Of a stretch of 64,000 nt of DNA, positions 40,067 through 51,170 are shown piece after piece. Every line of letters begins with the position of its first letter. The stretch's first letter is position 1. Source of the stretch: Candidatus Versatilivorator sp. GTDB taxonomy: Bacteria > Acidobacteriota > Terriglobia > Versatilivoradales > Versatilivoraceae. The notes beneath the pieces were generated by a model. It did no database searches. It was not told where the DNA came from and saw only the letters and a program-made list of their open reading frames with translations. Both the position numbers and the translations under genes were made by a program. Location of the stretch: positions 864,001 through 928,000 of the forward strand of contig OZ242296.1 of assembly GCA_965207735.1 (NCBI GenBank). The letters are read 5' to 3'.

Positions 40067-41629
40067 TCAGGCCTGGGGGACTGGAAGTGTTGGCTTGGCC
40101 TCCCGCCGGGCAGCTGCCGACTCCCTGGCGTGGATGGTCTTGTTGACGGCGTTGAGATAGGCGCGCGCGCTGGCGTCCACCAGGTCGGAGCTGGCTGCCT
40201 TGCCGCTGAAGGTCTTGCCCTCGAAATCCACGTGAATGAACACTTCTCCCACGGCATCCTTACCTTTGCTCACGGACCGTACCGAATAGTCCAGCAGGCG
40301 TCCGGGTACGCCGGTGATTCGATCGATGGTCCTGTAGATAGCCTCGATGGGCCCGTCGCCCAATGCCGTGTCAACGAAGAACTCGCCGTCTCTGCTCAAT
40401 CTGACGGTTGCCGAAGCCAGCACCTGATTGCCACCCGTGGCGTGGACATACTTCAGGTGGTAGCGCTCGGGAATCATTCGAATGCCATCGTGAATGATGG
40501 CCAACAAATCCTCGTCATAGATGTTCTTCTTCTTGTCCGCCAGCTTGGTAAACAGCATGTAGGCTCGGTCCAACTCCTTCTTGTCCAAAGGATAGCCGAG
40601 GTCCAGGTAGCGCTTGGATAACGCATGCCGTCCCGAGTGCTTTCCAAGCACCAAGTCGCTGGTCGGAACCCCGACGGACTGAGGAGTCATGATCTCGTAT
40701 GTCAAGGCCTGCTTGAGTACTCCATCCTGATGGATTCCCGCCTCGTGGGCGAAGGCATTCTTGCCCACCACCGCCTTGTTGGCCTGGACCATCATTCCCG
40801 TCAGGTTGGAGAGCAGGTGGCTGGTCTTGTATATCTCCTCCGCCTGAATTCCGGTGCAGAAACCGAGGTGCTCCCGGCGTACTCGAAGGGCCATCACGAT
40901 CTCCTCCAGGGAGGCGTTGCCGGCCCTTTCGCCAATTCCGTTGACGGTGCATTCCACCTGGCGGGCTCCGGCTCGAATGGCGGCCAGAGAGTTGGCCACG
41001 GCCAAACCCAGGTCGTTGTGGCAATGGCAGCTCAGGCGCGCCCTGCCGATATTGGGGACCTTTTCCCGCAAAACAGCGAAGATGCGCCCGAATTCCTCCG
41101 GAACGCAATACCCCACCGTATCGGGGATGTTGATGATGGTCGCCCCCTCGGCGATTGCCGCCTCCACAACCTGGCAGAGATAGTCCAGGTCGCTGCGCCC
41201 GGCGTCCTCGGCGGAGAACTCCACCTCGTCGCACAGAGACCTGGCCAACCGGACCGCCTTCACCGTGTTTTCCAGAACTTGATCGCGGGAACGTTTGAGC
41301 TTGAACTTCAGATGGATATCGGAGGTAGCGATGAAGGTGTGGATTCGCGGCTTGGCGGCAATGTCCAGAGCCTCCCAACACCGACGGATGTCTTTTTCCA
41401 TGGCCCTGGCCAGCCCGGCCACCGTCACCGAACGGATCTCCCTGGCGACCTGGCGCACCGATTCAAAATCGCCGTCAGAGGCGATGGGAAAGCCGGCTTC
41501 CATGACATCCACCCGGAGGGATTCCAACTGATGGGCCAGCTTCAGCTTCTCCTCCAGGTTCATGCTGCAACCGGGAGACTGTTCCCCGTCCCTCAAGGTC
41601 GTGTCGAAGATATGAATGGTGTCTTCCAT
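40067..41629 (-). CDS. leuA: 2-isopropylmalate synthase
   Basis: [42 protein letters not shown]. Confidence 0.96.
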   Translation of the reverse strand: MEDTIHIFDTTLRDGEQSPGCSMNLEEKLKLAHQLESLRVDVMEAGFPIASDGDFESVRQVAREIRSVTVAGLARAMEKDIRRCWEALDIAAKPRIHTFIATSDIHLKFKLKRSRDQVLENTVKAVRLARSLCDEVEFSAEDAGRSDLDYLCQVVEAAIAEGATIINIPDTVGYCVPEEFGRIFAVLREKVPNIGRARLSCHCHNDLGLAVANSLAAIRAGARQVECTVNGIGERAGNASLEEIVMALRVRREHLGFCTGIQAEEIYKTSHLLSNLTGMMVQANKAVVGKNAFAHEAGIHQDGVLKQALTYEIMTPQSVGVPTSDLVLGKHSGRHALSKRYLDLGYPLDKKELDRAYMLFTKLADKKKNIYDEDLLAIIHDGIRMIPERYHLKYVHATGGNQVLASATVRLSRDGEFFVDTALGDGPIEAIYRTIDRITGVPGRLLDYSVRSVSKGKDAVGEVFIHVDFEGKTFSGKAASSDLVDASARAYLNAVNKTIHARESAAARREAKPTLPVPQA

Positions 41630-41703
41630 CGATTTCCCCCTGGTCCTGCTCACCTGCGGAAGCCCCAAGCCGCGAGCTCCGCTCAAAGGGTTCAGGCCGT
41701 AAC

Positions 41704-42933
41704 CTAAACGGACCCGTTACCACATAGTTTGAGCTCAGCCGCCAGAACATTCAAGAAAAAGGACACGTCGGTCACAATTCCGATGGCCTGCTTGCTTCCC
41801 CGATTGCCCAGCTTCAGCGGCGTGGCCTCGTTGATATCCACGCATACGGTCTTGACGCTGCTCTTCAAAACGTTGCCTACGGCGATGCTGTGCAAGGTCG
41901 AGGCCAGCATCAGCACCACCGCTACGCCCTCCAGGGCATCGATGTACTGGCGTTGCGCCACCACGCAATCCGTAACCACGTCCACCAGGGGGCCGTCGTC
42001 GCGAATGGACCCGGCCAGGACCGTGCGAATGCCCAGCTTAACGCACTCGTACATCAGGCCCGAGGTCAGAACTCCCTGCTCAACCGCACTCTGGATGCCG
42101 CCTGCCCGATTGATCTCGTTGATGGCCCAGATGTGGTTGCGGTGCCCGCCGTCCACGGCCTTACCGCTCTCCTGGTGAATTCCCAGCGAGGTGTTCAAAA
42201 AGGCTTTTTCGATATCGTGAGCGGCAAAGGCGTTGCCGGTCAGCACCACGTCCACGTAGCCCATCCGGATCACTTCCTTCAAGTAGCCGTCCGCGCCCGA
42301 ATGGATCACCGCCGGACCCGGAACAATGGCGATCCGGTCTCCCGCTTTCTTGGCCGCGTCGATCTCCTTGGCAATCTGGGCGATCAGAATTCCCTTGTTG
42401 ATTTCGGCGCTGGCGTCGTTGGACATGAAATCGAACACCGAGTACTCACGGCTTCGCTCCTGCGGCTTGACTCGAATCCCCTGGCGTCCGGTGACGATGC
42501 GGTCTCCCGCCTTCACCCCACTGATCTTCTTGGTAATGGCCTCCTCGCCCGTCCAGACGATGACGGCATCCATCTTCTGGTTGACGACCGGCTGCCATTC
42601 TCCCCGGATCTTGATGAAGGTGTCGAAATTGGTGGTGGAATAGAATTCGCGGGGCAGGATGCCGTCCTGGTCGGCCGGGATCAGTCGGCAATCCTCGCGG
42701 TCGATGATGGCGCCGAAATTCTCCAGGGCAGCCAGGATGTCCTGCAGCTGCGGTTGACTCCCGGCCTTGACCATGAGCCAGGCGCGAGAAGGCTCGTGGT
42801 TGTTCTTTCCGATCTCGAACCGCAGGACCTCGAACTGACCCTCCATTTCGACGATCTTGTCGAAGGCGTACTTGAGTATCCCCGAATCGATCAGGTGGCC
42901 TTCAATCTCGATTTCTTCCTGGAACTGAACCAT
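41704..42933 (-). CDS. TIGR00300 / LOR-SDH conserved-domain protein (ornithine cyclodeaminase-like, related to the ArgZ/AgrE C-terminal region)
   Basis: [62 protein letters not shown]. Confidence 0.85.
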   Translation of the reverse strand: MVQFQEEIEIEGHLIDSGILKYAFDKIVEMEGQFEVLRFEIGKNNHEPSRAWLMVKAGSQPQLQDILAALENFGAIIDREDCRLIPADQDGILPREFYSTTNFDTFIKIRGEWQPVVNQKMDAVIVWTGEEAITKKISGVKAGDRIVTGRQGIRVKPQERSREYSVFDFMSNDASAEINKGILIAQIAKEIDAAKKAGDRIAIVPGPAVIHSGADGYLKEVIRMGYVDVVLTGNAFAAHDIEKAFLNTSLGIHQESGKAVDGGHRNHIWAINEINRAGGIQSAVEQGVLTSGLMYECVKLGIRTVLAGSIRDDGPLVDVVTDCVVAQRQYIDALEGVAVVLMLASTLHSIAVGNVLKSSVKTVCVDINEATPLKLGNRGSKQAIGIVTDVSFFLNVLAAELKLCGNGSV

Positions 42934-42941
42934 GAGCCGCC

Positions 42942-43943
42942 TCAGCCGCCGGACTGCTTCATCCAGCTCATCATGTCCCTCAACCCCTTGCCCACCTGCT
43001 CGATGGGATGTTCGGCCTCCCGGCGCCGATTGGCGTTCATGGAAGCCCGCCCGGACTGGTTCTCAAGGATGAATTCCCTGGCAAAATTGCCGTTGCAGAC
43101 ATTTTCCAGGATGTCCTGCATGGAATCCCGCACCGCCTGGTTGACGATCTGCGGCCCCCGGGTATAGTCGCCGTACTCGGCGGTGTCGCTGATGGAATAG
43201 CGCATGTAGGACAAGCCGCCTTGATACATGAGGTCCACGATTAACTTCATCTCGTGAAGACATTCAAAATAAGCCACTTCCGGTTGGTATCCAGCCTTGA
43301 TGAGAGTCTCGAATCCGGCCTTGACCAAGGCGGAAGTCCCGCCGCAGAGGACGGCCTGCTCACCGAATAGATCGGTCTCGGTCTCCTCCTTGAAGGTGGT
43401 CTCGATCACTCCGGCCCGGGCGGCGCCGATTCCCTTGGCATAGGCCAGCGCCACGTCCAGGGCATGGTTGGAAGCGTCTTGCTCGATGGCAACCAGGGCG
43501 GGGACGCCCGCTCCCTCCTGGTAGACCTGGCGGACCATGTGCCCGGGGCTCTTGGGAGCGATCATGGAGACATCCACCTCCGGCGGCGGCACGACCTGGC
43601 TGAAGTGAATGTTGAATCCGTGGCTGAACATCAGGGTCTTGCCGGCCGACAGGTGCGGCTTGATGGAGGCTTCGAACACCGCCCGCTGCGTCTGGTCGGG
43701 AACCAGGATCATGATCACCTGGGATTGGGCCGACGCCTCATCCACTGTCGCGACCTGGAGGCCTTCGCCCTCGGCCTTGGACCAGGAGCGGCTCCCCTCA
43801 TAGAGCCCCACCACCACTTCCAGACCGCTGTCTCTGAGATTCAGGGCATGGGCATGTCCTTGACTGCCGTAGCCGATGATGGCAATTTTCTTTTCCTTCA
43901 GGTGAGCCAGATCTGCATCTTCATCGTGATAAACTTTCGCCAT
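42942..43943 (-). CDS. ilvC: Ketol-acid reductoisomerase
   Basis: [39 protein letters not shown]. Confidence 0.98.
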   Translation of the reverse strand: MAKVYHDEDADLAHLKEKKIAIIGYGSQGHAHALNLRDSGLEVVVGLYEGSRSWSKAEGEGLQVATVDEASAQSQVIMILVPDQTQRAVFEASIKPHLSAGKTLMFSHGFNIHFSQVVPPPEVDVSMIAPKSPGHMVRQVYQEGAGVPALVAIEQDASNHALDVALAYAKGIGAARAGVIETTFKEETETDLFGEQAVLCGGTSALVKAGFETLIKAGYQPEVAYFECLHEMKLIVDLMYQGGLSYMRYSISDTAEYGDYTRGPQIVNQAVRDSMQDILENVCNGNFAREFILENQSGRASMNANRRREAEHPIEQVGKGLRDMMSWMKQSGG

Positions 43944-44130
43944 TGACGCGTCCTCGCTTGGATATGGATTCGGTCCGGCAACAGGTTCGCGGGTTCTCGA
44001 TTCCCTGAACGGGGCAACTCCCATCCCGGCCCATGGATGCTGCCCATGTTACACCAAGGCATCGCCTGCCTTCAAAAAACTCGGTAGTGTCTCGGTAAGT
44101 CCGGGGTCAGGGTAGCGATGGGAGAATCGC

Positions 44131-44229
44131 ATGGACTTCCGGGGCGCCATTCCGGCGGTGATTGGATTCCTCATCGTTTGTTACTACGAGGCCCTATTGG
44201 TGGAACTGATCCCATGGGTCTGGCACTAA
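44131..44229 (+). CDS. Candidate 32-aa small membrane protein
   Basis: GGAGA RBS then MDFRGAIPAVIGFLIVCYYEALLVELIPWVWH*; hydrophobic; 58 nt upstream of lctP. Confidence 0.5.
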   Translation: MDFRGAIPAVIGFLIVCYYEALLVELIPWVWH

Positions 44230-44287
44230 TTGATGGATCAGAAAGACCCGAAGCCCGAGAAAATCAACTGACCAGGCAGGTGCCACC

Positions 44288-46057
44288 TTGCAACCCTTCA
44301 CGCTCTCTCTGCTGGCCACTCTCCCCATCGTTGCGGTAGCCCTGCTGCTGGTGCTGCTGCGGTGGCCCGCCCGGCGAGCCATGCCCATCGCCTACCTGGT
44401 AACCGCCGCGCTGGGGCTGTTGGTGTGGCAGGTACCGGCGCGACAGTTGGCCGCGGCCACCATCAACGGCCTGGTGGTTGCCGCCACCCTGCTCTACATC
44501 ATCTTCGGAGCCATCCTGCTGCTCAACACGCTGAGGCGGAGCGGGGCCATTCAGGCCATCCGGAGCGGCTTCACCAACGTGACCCCCGATCGACGGATTC
44601 AGGTGGTGATTATCGCCTGGTTGTTCGGCACCTTCATCGAAGGCGCGGCCGGCTTCGGAACACCGGCAGCCATCGCCGTCCCCCTGCTGGTCGGACTGGG
44701 ATTTCCGGCCATGGGCGCGGTCATGGCGGGAATGATCATTCAGAGCACGCCCGTCTCTTTCGGGGCCGTGGGAACCCCCATCCTGATCGGGGTCAACAGC
44801 GGGCTGGCCGCCGATGCCTCCATTCAGGCCTTCGCCCTCCAGGCCGGATTCGCCGATTGGAACGGATTTCTCTCCGAAATCGGCTTCCGGGTAGCGCTGT
44901 TGCACACCGCCGCCGGGACCCTGGTGCCCCTGTTCGTGGTGGCGCTGACGACTCGCTTCTTCGGCAGGAACCGATCCTGGGCGGAGGGTTTGCGGGTATG
45001 GCCCTTTGCGCTCATGGCCGCCTTTGCCATGACCCTTCCCTATCTGTTGGTAGCCAGGTTTCTCGGTCCCGAGTTCCCCTCTCTGTTCGGCGGCCTTATG
45101 GGCCTGGTTCTGGTGATCCTAGCCGCCAAAAAGGGCATTTTCATGCCTCGACCCGAGGACCGTTGGGATTTCGATGCTCCCGAAAACTGGCCTGGCCACT
45201 GGACCGGATCGCTGCAACTCGAGGAGGAGCCACCGGCCGGCTCCATGGGACTGTTGAGAGCCTGGACCCCCTATCTGCTGGTGGGCCTGCTGCTGGTGCT
45301 CACGCGCCTGGGATTCCTTCCGTTCCTGGAATGGACCCGGGCCTGGACCCTCTCCTTCCCCAACATCCTGGACACCGCAATCTCGGCCCAAGTACAGCCC
45401 CTCTACCTGCCCGGAACCATTTTCCTGGTGGTCTCCGTGCTGACCTGCTGGGCTCACCGCTTGAGCCTCTCCCGATTCCGCGAGGTCTGGATCCAATCGG
45501 CCAGGACCACCGCGGCCGCCTCGGTAGCCCTCATCTTCACCGTCCCCATGGTGCAGGTATTCATCAACTCGGATGGAGGCGCTGCCGGCTACGACAAGAT
45601 GCCGATCGTGCTGGCTGCCGGCGTGGCCGCCCTGGCCCAGACCGCCTGGCCGATCTTCGCCCCGTTCATCGGTGGCCTGGGGGCTTTCGTGGCCGGCAGC
45701 AACACCGTCAGCAACATGATGTTCTCCCTGTTCCAGTTTGGAGTGGGGCAGCGCATCGGGGCCGATCCGGTCTGGATGGTGGCCCTGCAAGCGGTAGGCG
45801 GGGCCGCCGGCAACATGATCTGCGTGCACAACGTGGTGGCGGCTTCGGCGGTGGCCGGGCTGGTCGGCAAGGAAGGGGCCATCATTCGCCTGACCCTGCT
45901 TCCCTTCACCACCTACGCCCTGTTGGCGGGTGCTCTGGGTTATGCGATCGTGTGGCATTCCCGGCAAGGCTGGCTGAATCCGGGAACGTTCATCGTCCTA
46001 CTGATTGCGGGCGCCGTCGTGTGGCTGATCGCCGCCAGCCGGCGCCGTGCCGGGTAG
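44288..46057 (+). CDS. lctP: L-lactate permease
   Basis: FIEGAAGFGTP, PVSFGAVGTP, GSNTVSNMMF, GGAAGNMIC; many TM segments. Confidence 0.92.
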   Translation: MQPFTLSLLATLPIVAVALLLVLLRWPARRAMPIAYLVTAALGLLVWQVPARQLAAATINGLVVAATLLYIIFGAILLLNTLRRSGAIQAIRSGFTNVTPDRRIQVVIIAWLFGTFIEGAAGFGTPAAIAVPLLVGLGFPAMGAVMAGMIIQSTPVSFGAVGTPILIGVNSGLAADASIQAFALQAGFADWNGFLSEIGFRVALLHTAAGTLVPLFVVALTTRFFGRNRSWAEGLRVWPFALMAAFAMTLPYLLVARFLGPEFPSLFGGLMGLVLVILAAKKGIFMPRPEDRWDFDAPENWPGHWTGSLQLEEEPPAGSMGLLRAWTPYLLVGLLLVLTRLGFLPFLEWTRAWTLSFPNILDTAISAQVQPLYLPGTIFLVVSVLTCWAHRLSLSRFREVWIQSARTTAAASVALIFTVPMVQVFINSDGGAAGYDKMPIVLAAGVAALAQTAWPIFAPFIGGLGAFVAGSNTVSNMMFSLFQFGVGQRIGADPVWMVALQAVGGAAGNMICVHNVVAASAVAGLVGKEGAIIRLTLLPFTTYALLAGALGYAIVWHSRQGWLNPGTFIVLLIAGAVVWLIAASRRRAG

Positions 46058-46059
46058 GG

Positions 46060-47232
46060 TTACATACCGGCCAGGGCCTGTTCCATCAGGTCCATTCCGG
46101 TCACCAGGTTCTCCATGCTGGTGGCAAAGGAGATTCGGACGTGGCCTTCCATGCCGAAGGCTGAACCCGGGACCACGGCCACCCCCGATTGGCGTAGCAG
46201 CCAGGTCGAAAACTCCACCGAGTCCGCCACCTCCCTCCCGAAGTAACTGGAAACGTTGGGGAAGGCGTAGAAGGCTCCCCCCGGATTGGCGCAACTCAGT
46301 CCGGGCATCCCATTGAGCCGCTCCACCACGTAGCGCCGCCTGCGCTCGTACTCGGCAATCATCTGGGAAACCGATTCCTGGCTGCCGAGGATGGACTCCA
46401 GGGCCGCCTTCTGGGAAACCGAGGCCGGGTTGGCGCTATGACTCTGGACGTTGCTGACGCTCCTGGCGACTTCACGGGGAGCCACCAGGTACCCGATGCG
46501 CCATCCGGTCATGGCATAGGTCTTGGAAGCGGTGTTGACCACCAGGGAGACGTGCTTGGCGCGGTCGGCATACCGAGCCAGCGAGGTGTGCTTGTTTCCG
46601 TCAAAGACAAAAAATTCGTAGCACTCGTCAAAGATGATCATCAGATTCCGGTCCAGGGCCAGGTCCACGATCCGGTCCATCTCCTCGGCCGGAATGACCG
46701 CGCCGGTAGGATTATTGGGAGTGTTGACCACCATGGCTCGGGTGCGCGAGGTTACCTTGGCTTCCAGCGCCGATGCCTTGAGAACGAAGTCGTCCTCCTC
46801 CCGGGTCATGACCTCGACAGGAACCGCTCCAACCATCTTGAATTGCTCCGGAAAGGTCACCCAGTAGGGGACGGGAAGAAGCACCTCGTCCCCTTCCTCG
46901 AAAAGAGCGAAGGCCAGATTGAACAATGTGTGCTTGGCGCCGCAGGAGATCACCACCTCGGGCACGGAGTAGTCGACTCCATACTGGCGGTGGTACTTTT
47001 CCACCACGGCTTCCCGCAGATCCTTGATGCCGGGGGCCGAGGTGTAGCGAGTAAAGTTCTCATCGATGGCCCGGTGACCTACGCCCTTGATGTTGTCGGG
47101 TGTGTTGAAGTCCGGCTCACCGATGCTGAAGTCGACCACGCTGCGACCCTCGGAGCGCAGGCGGTTGGCCTCTTCCGATACCGCCATGGTCGGCGAGGGC
47201 GAAAGGCGTCCGACCCGTTTGGCTAGTTTCAT
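46060..47232 (-). CDS. Pyridoxal phosphate-dependent class I aminotransferase (AspC-like)
   Basis: GEPDF, NTPNNPTG, DECY, SKTYAMTGWRIGY. Confidence 0.93.
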   Translation of the reverse strand: MKLAKRVGRLSPSPTMAVSEEANRLRSEGRSVVDFSIGEPDFNTPDNIKGVGHRAIDENFTRYTSAPGIKDLREAVVEKYHRQYGVDYSVPEVVISCGAKHTLFNLAFALFEEGDEVLLPVPYWVTFPEQFKMVGAVPVEVMTREEDDFVLKASALEAKVTSRTRAMVVNTPNNPTGAVIPAEEMDRIVDLALDRNLMIIFDECYEFFVFDGNKHTSLARYADRAKHVSLVVNTASKTYAMTGWRIGYLVAPREVARSVSNVQSHSANPASVSQKAALESILGSQESVSQMIAEYERRRRYVVERLNGMPGLSCANPGGAFYAFPNVSSYFGREVADSVEFSTWLLRQSGVAVVPGSAFGMEGHVRISFATSMENLVTGMDLMEQALAGM

Positions 47233-47426
47233 CGTTTCTCCCCGCGTCAATTCCAGTCATTTCAGGCTTCCAGCCGGGCTTCAGGCGGCCCCGGAGGAAG
47301 CAGAGTATATTGAGTTCCCAAAGTAAAGTAAAACCGTTCCGGCACCCGTCCCGTCAAGGCCCCAACACCCATTTGGGGGGGATGGCGAAGCGTCGGACGC
47401 CTACGCAAACCACGCCTACCTCCATG

Positions 47427-47514
47427 TGCTGTCGCCGCCTACGCGGCTCGACACTTACGCAACGCAATCCATGGGCTTACGCCCACGGCTACCTGCTGTC
47501 GCCGCTTTGCGGCT
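47427..47514. repeat. GTAG-type REP element
   Basis: Minus strand GTAGCCGTGGGCGTAAGCCCATGG palindrome (47492-47469) flanked by two TGCTGTCGCCGC...GCGGCT units. Confidence 0.7.
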
Positions 47515-47743
47515 TACTGGAACCCCGCGCTGGGGTGGGGGTAATATAATGGAAAATCTTATCCCCCGGCAGCGTTGTGGGTAAGGGAAGAGATCGGTGT
47601 GGGTGTGGTCGGGGATGACGCGCCCGCTTGGATGTCCCGCGAGATCAAGGCCATCTGCGCACCCATCATGGCAGGGGCAGCCGGTGCTTTTCGAGTTCGC
47701 AGCGCCGGCTCAGCGCCGTTCGCTTAAGCGCCGGCGGGCGCCG

Positions 47744-48061
47744 TCACGCGACCGCGCTGAGACCATTCTTCGCCACCAGCGTCAGCAGCTTCAACGACGC
47801 GCCCCGTGGCCTCTTCTCGCCACGTTCCCATTGGCTCACCAGGCCCGTGGTCACGTTGAGGTAGCGCGCGAACACCGCCTGACTCGCGTGCTCGCGAAGC
47901 CGAAGCTCGCGAATTTCCTGCGGCCTCATCTCCTCGACCGGTGTGAGACACATCTCGTCGAACGCTCTCATGGTCCGCTTTTTCATGACCCCCGCCTCGG
48001 TCAAACCAAGGGCCGTCTCGTGCGCAGCCGCCAAGGCCTCACTCTTGTAGCGCTTCGTCAT
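47744..48061 (-). CDS. XRE/HTH antitoxin (YiaG/HigA-2-like)
   Basis: AAHETALGL, TMRAFDEMCL, SQAVFARYLNV...VSQWERGEKRP.G.SLKLL. Confidence 0.88.
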   Translation of the reverse strand: MTKRYKSEALAAAHETALGLTEAGVMKKRTMRAFDEMCLTPVEEMRPQEIRELRLREHASQAVFARYLNVTTGLVSQWERGEKRPRGASLKLLTLVAKNGLSAVA

Positions 48062-48113
48062 CGCATGTCACCTCGACGAGCGCAAACCGAGCCTCGACAA
48101 CGCATGACATCAT
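48039..48113 (-). pseudogene. Internally deleted RelE/HigB-like toxin relic (24 codons)
   Basis: MMSCVVEARFALVEVTCDDEALQE* overlaps the antitoxin start, as toxin C-termini of this TA type typically do. Confidence 0.5.
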
Positions 48114-48119
48114 GCCGAT

Positions 48120-48148
48120 TCTATAACACCAAGTGAGGCAGTTGTCAA
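48120..48148 (-). promoter_or_regulatory. Sigma70-type promoter of the TA locus
   Basis: TTGACA (48148-48143), 17 nt, TATAGA (48125-48120). Confidence 0.65.
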
Positions 48149-48211
48149 TCCGTCCCGACATCCGTCCCGACGGTCTCCGCCGTTTTCGAGCCCTGTCGAC
48201 ACCCACCCCGG

Positions 48212-48955
48212 TCAACCGCCGTCCCGGCCGGAGTGGGTGTTGGCCCGGGCGTACCACTTCCACTGCCTCAGGATTCCCCGCAGAATTCGGATGTCGCGGT
48301 CATCCAGTGCAGCCCGCGCCAGCATTTGACGCAAGGTCATCATGATTTCCCGGGGATTCTGTTTCTTGAGGAACTGCATCTCCTTCAGGCATCCCTCCAG
48401 ATCTTGCGAAAAGGCCTCGATTTGACCCAGCTCCGCCAGCTCCCGGCCCTCTTTGGACGGGGACTCACACAATCCCTGCGAAAGCTCGTAGGCCAGGATG
48501 GCCACGGCATGGGCCAGATTGAGAGAGGGGAACCCGGGGTCGGTCGGAATCTTCACCTGCCAGTGGCAATGCTGCAGGTGTTCATTGGTCAGGCCCGTTC
48601 GTTCCGGCCCGAAGACGATGGCAACCTCGTGGCCGGGGGCCAGCCGCTTCAGCTCGGCTGCCATCTCCCGGGGCCTCAGCGACCGTTCGAACCATCTCGC
48701 CGGTCGGGAGCCGGTGGCCACACTCAGGTGAAAGGACTTCAGGGCCGAGTCCAGCCCATTGGTCCGCACGGCCGTTTCCAGCAAGTCGTGGGCGCCGCGG
48801 GCCCGCTGCCGCGCCTCCTCGGTCAGATCGGCCTGACAATCCACCAGGATGAGTCGTTTCAGGCCCATGTTCTTCATCACACGAGCCACCGAACCCAGGT
48901 TCCCCGGGGAACTGGTCTCCACCAGCACGATGGCAATGCGGCCGAGATCGAACAT
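48212..48955 (-). CDS. trmJ: TrmJ/LasT family SPOUT RNA methyltransferase
   Basis: IVLVE...PGNLGSVARVMKNMG, FGPERTGLTNE, SLNLAHAV..YE. Confidence 0.88.
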   Translation of the reverse strand: MFDLGRIAIVLVETSSPGNLGSVARVMKNMGLKRLILVDCQADLTEEARQRARGAHDLLETAVRTNGLDSALKSFHLSVATGSRPARWFERSLRPREMAAELKRLAPGHEVAIVFGPERTGLTNEHLQHCHWQVKIPTDPGFPSLNLAHAVAILAYELSQGLCESPSKEGRELAELGQIEAFSQDLEGCLKEMQFLKKQNPREIMMTLRQMLARAALDDRDIRILRGILRQWKWYARANTHSGRDGG

Positions 48956-49057
48956 GGGCGGGACGCCGGCAATTCTAGCGGGAAGTGCCCTACAGGGTGA
49001 TGATGCGCGCTGCTTGCGTGAAACGCCTCCGTTTCTCAAACCCGGCAGGATCAGCCA

Positions 49058-49759
49058 CTATTCGGGTTGGGGCGCTCCTTCAGGTAGCAATTGTCCCTTT
49101 TCCAAATAGCGGATCTTGCTGGCGTGGCGGGCGGCATGGGGATCGTGGGTCACCATCAGGATGGTTTTCCCATGATCGCGGTTCAACCTGGAAAGGATGG
49201 TGAGGATCTCCTGGGCCGACTGGGCGTCCAGGTCTCCGGTAGGCTCATCGGCCAGGATGATGGAGGGATCGCTCACAATGGCCCGGGCGATGGCCACCCG
49301 TTGCTCCTGGCCGCCCGAGAGCTGGCGTGGATAGTGATCCATCCGGTCCGACAATCCAACCAGCCCCAGAGCGGTGGCGGCATGCTCGGCCCGCTCCTGC
49401 CGGCTGAGGCGGGTCAACAGCAGGGGAAGCTCCACGTTCTCTCGGGCTGTCAAGACGGGAATGAGGTTGAAGGTCTGAAAGATGAACCCGATGTTCTCGT
49501 TCCTCCAGTCCGCCATGGCCCGCTCCTTGAGCTGCAGGAGGTCTCGGCCCAGAACCTTGACCCAGCCCCGGGTGGGCCGGTCGATGGCGGCAATGATATA
49601 GAGCAAGGTGGACTTGCCCGACCCCGAGGGGCCCATGAACGCCACAAATTCTCCTCTTTGAACCGTCAGATGAACATCCTGCAAGGCGATGACCTGAAAG
49701 GCATCCCGCTGGAATTCCTTGTGCAGGTCAGTGGCCTCCACCACCAGATCGTTGACCAT
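49058..49759 (-). CDS. ABC transporter ATP-binding protein (MacB/LolD type)
   Basis: [35 protein letters not shown]. Confidence 0.95.
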   Translation of the reverse strand: MVNDLVVEATDLHKEFQRDAFQVIALQDVHLTVQRGEFVAFMGPSGSGKSTLLYIIAAIDRPTRGWVKVLGRDLLQLKERAMADWRNENIGFIFQTFNLIPVLTARENVELPLLLTRLSRQERAEHAATALGLVGLSDRMDHYPRQLSGGQEQRVAIARAIVSDPSIILADEPTGDLDAQSAQEILTILSRLNRDHGKTILMVTHDPHAARHASKIRYLEKGQLLPEGAPQPE

Positions 49760-49787
49760 GCGTTCCCCTGTTTGACGAACAGCCTCG

Positions 49788-51167
49788 CTAATTCCCTGCC
49801 TTGCGCACCCGGTCTCCGTCCGCCAGGTTGCCGGGTGGACTCACGACGATCTCTTCCCCGCCGATCAGACCGTCACTGACGACTACACCCTCGGCGGTAA
49901 GGTCTCCAATCCGTACAGGGAGTTCCCTGACCCGGTCCTGCACAACCACCAGCACCGTCTTGCGGCCGTCCCGGTCGCGGACAGACGCGCTGGGCACGGT
50001 AATGCGGGAACCCGAAAGGACCCGGTCTCCGTTGGGTGGCTGGTCGGGAGCCAGGAAGGCGACCTGGGCATTCATTTCAGGCCTGAGGAAGGCGTCGGGA
50101 TCGACCACCTGGACCTTGACTTGCACGGTCGCCTTCTGACGGTTGGCCTCCGGTGAAATCTCGGCAATATAGCCCCGGTAGGACCGGTCCGGAAAGGCGT
50201 CGGTCCTGATGGCGGCCTGCTGCTTCATGGAGAGCCTGGAGAAGTCGTCCTGGCTGATGTCCAGTTCCACCTGAAGGTCATTCAGATCGGCCATGGTGAC
50301 CACGTAGCCCTTGGCCCCGCGCTCGCCCACAAAGCTGGTGGTGACAAACTCTCCCATCTCCACCGCCTTCTCCAGAATCGTCCCGGTGATCGGGGCTCGA
50401 ATCACCGTGGAGTCCAGGAAGGTCCGGCGAAGCGCCAACTCTCCCCGGGCCTGCTTGACCCGTCCCCTCATGGCCTCGATCTGCTCCTCCCGCGGACCCA
50501 ATCGCACCAGGTCGGCTTCCCTGGCCAGCGACTCCACCCTCGCCGACTCCGCTTCGAAGCGGGCCTGGGCGTTGTCCAGGTCCTGCCGGGGCAGCACTTC
50601 TTCCTCAAAGAGCTTTCTCACCCGTTCCAGGTTGATCCGGGCGTTCTTCAGATCGGCCTGGGCGCGGGCCAGGTTGGCGTTAGCCTTGGCGATCTCTTCG
50701 GGACGGGAGCCGGTTTCCAGCTCGCTCAGTTGGGCCAGCAAACTGGCCAATTGTCCCTCTGCCTGCTGAGCCTGAGCCCGATACTCGGCATCCTCCAACC
50801 TCACAAGAACCTGTCCCTGTTGGACCAGATCGCCTTTCTCGACGCCGATCCGGGCGACCTTTCCCACCACCTTGGCCGTCAACTGAATCTTGCGATGGGC
50901 CACGATGTACCCGGAGGCGTTCAGGATTATTCCGGGACCCTCGGATCCGGATTGCGCCCCCGCGACCACCCGGAAGACCTCCACTTCGATCTCCTGCCTG
51001 GAGAATCGGGTCGCGGTGACGGCTGCGCTCACCACCACCAGCAACACGATACCGGCAAGGATCCAGCGGGATGTCCAGCGCGAGGCGCCTTTCGAGGAAC
51101 GCCTGTGGCTCCTGTGGATTCTCAGGCTGTCGAGCTCCTGGTCCAGATTTTTCCCGGATTCAACCAC
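49788..51167 (-). CDS. Efflux periplasmic adaptor (membrane fusion protein)
   Basis: N-terminal [12 protein letters not shown] lipoyl half, long coiled coil, IRAPITG. Confidence 0.92.
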   Translation of the reverse strand: MVESGKNLDQELDSLRIHRSHRRSSKGASRWTSRWILAGIVLLVVVSAAVTATRFSRQEIEVEVFRVVAGAQSGSEGPGIILNASGYIVAHRKIQLTAKVVGKVARIGVEKGDLVQQGQVLVRLEDAEYRAQAQQAEGQLASLLAQLSELETGSRPEEIAKANANLARAQADLKNARINLERVRKLFEEEVLPRQDLDNAQARFEAESARVESLAREADLVRLGPREEQIEAMRGRVKQARGELALRRTFLDSTVIRAPITGTILEKAVEMGEFVTTSFVGERGAKGYVVTMADLNDLQVELDISQDDFSRLSMKQQAAIRTDAFPDRSYRGYIAEISPEANRQKATVQVKVQVVDPDAFLRPEMNAQVAFLAPDQPPNGDRVLSGSRITVPSASVRDRDGRKTVLVVVQDRVRELPVRIGDLTAEGVVVSDGLIGGEEIVVSPPGNLADGDRVRKAGN

Positions 51168-51170
51168 CGG

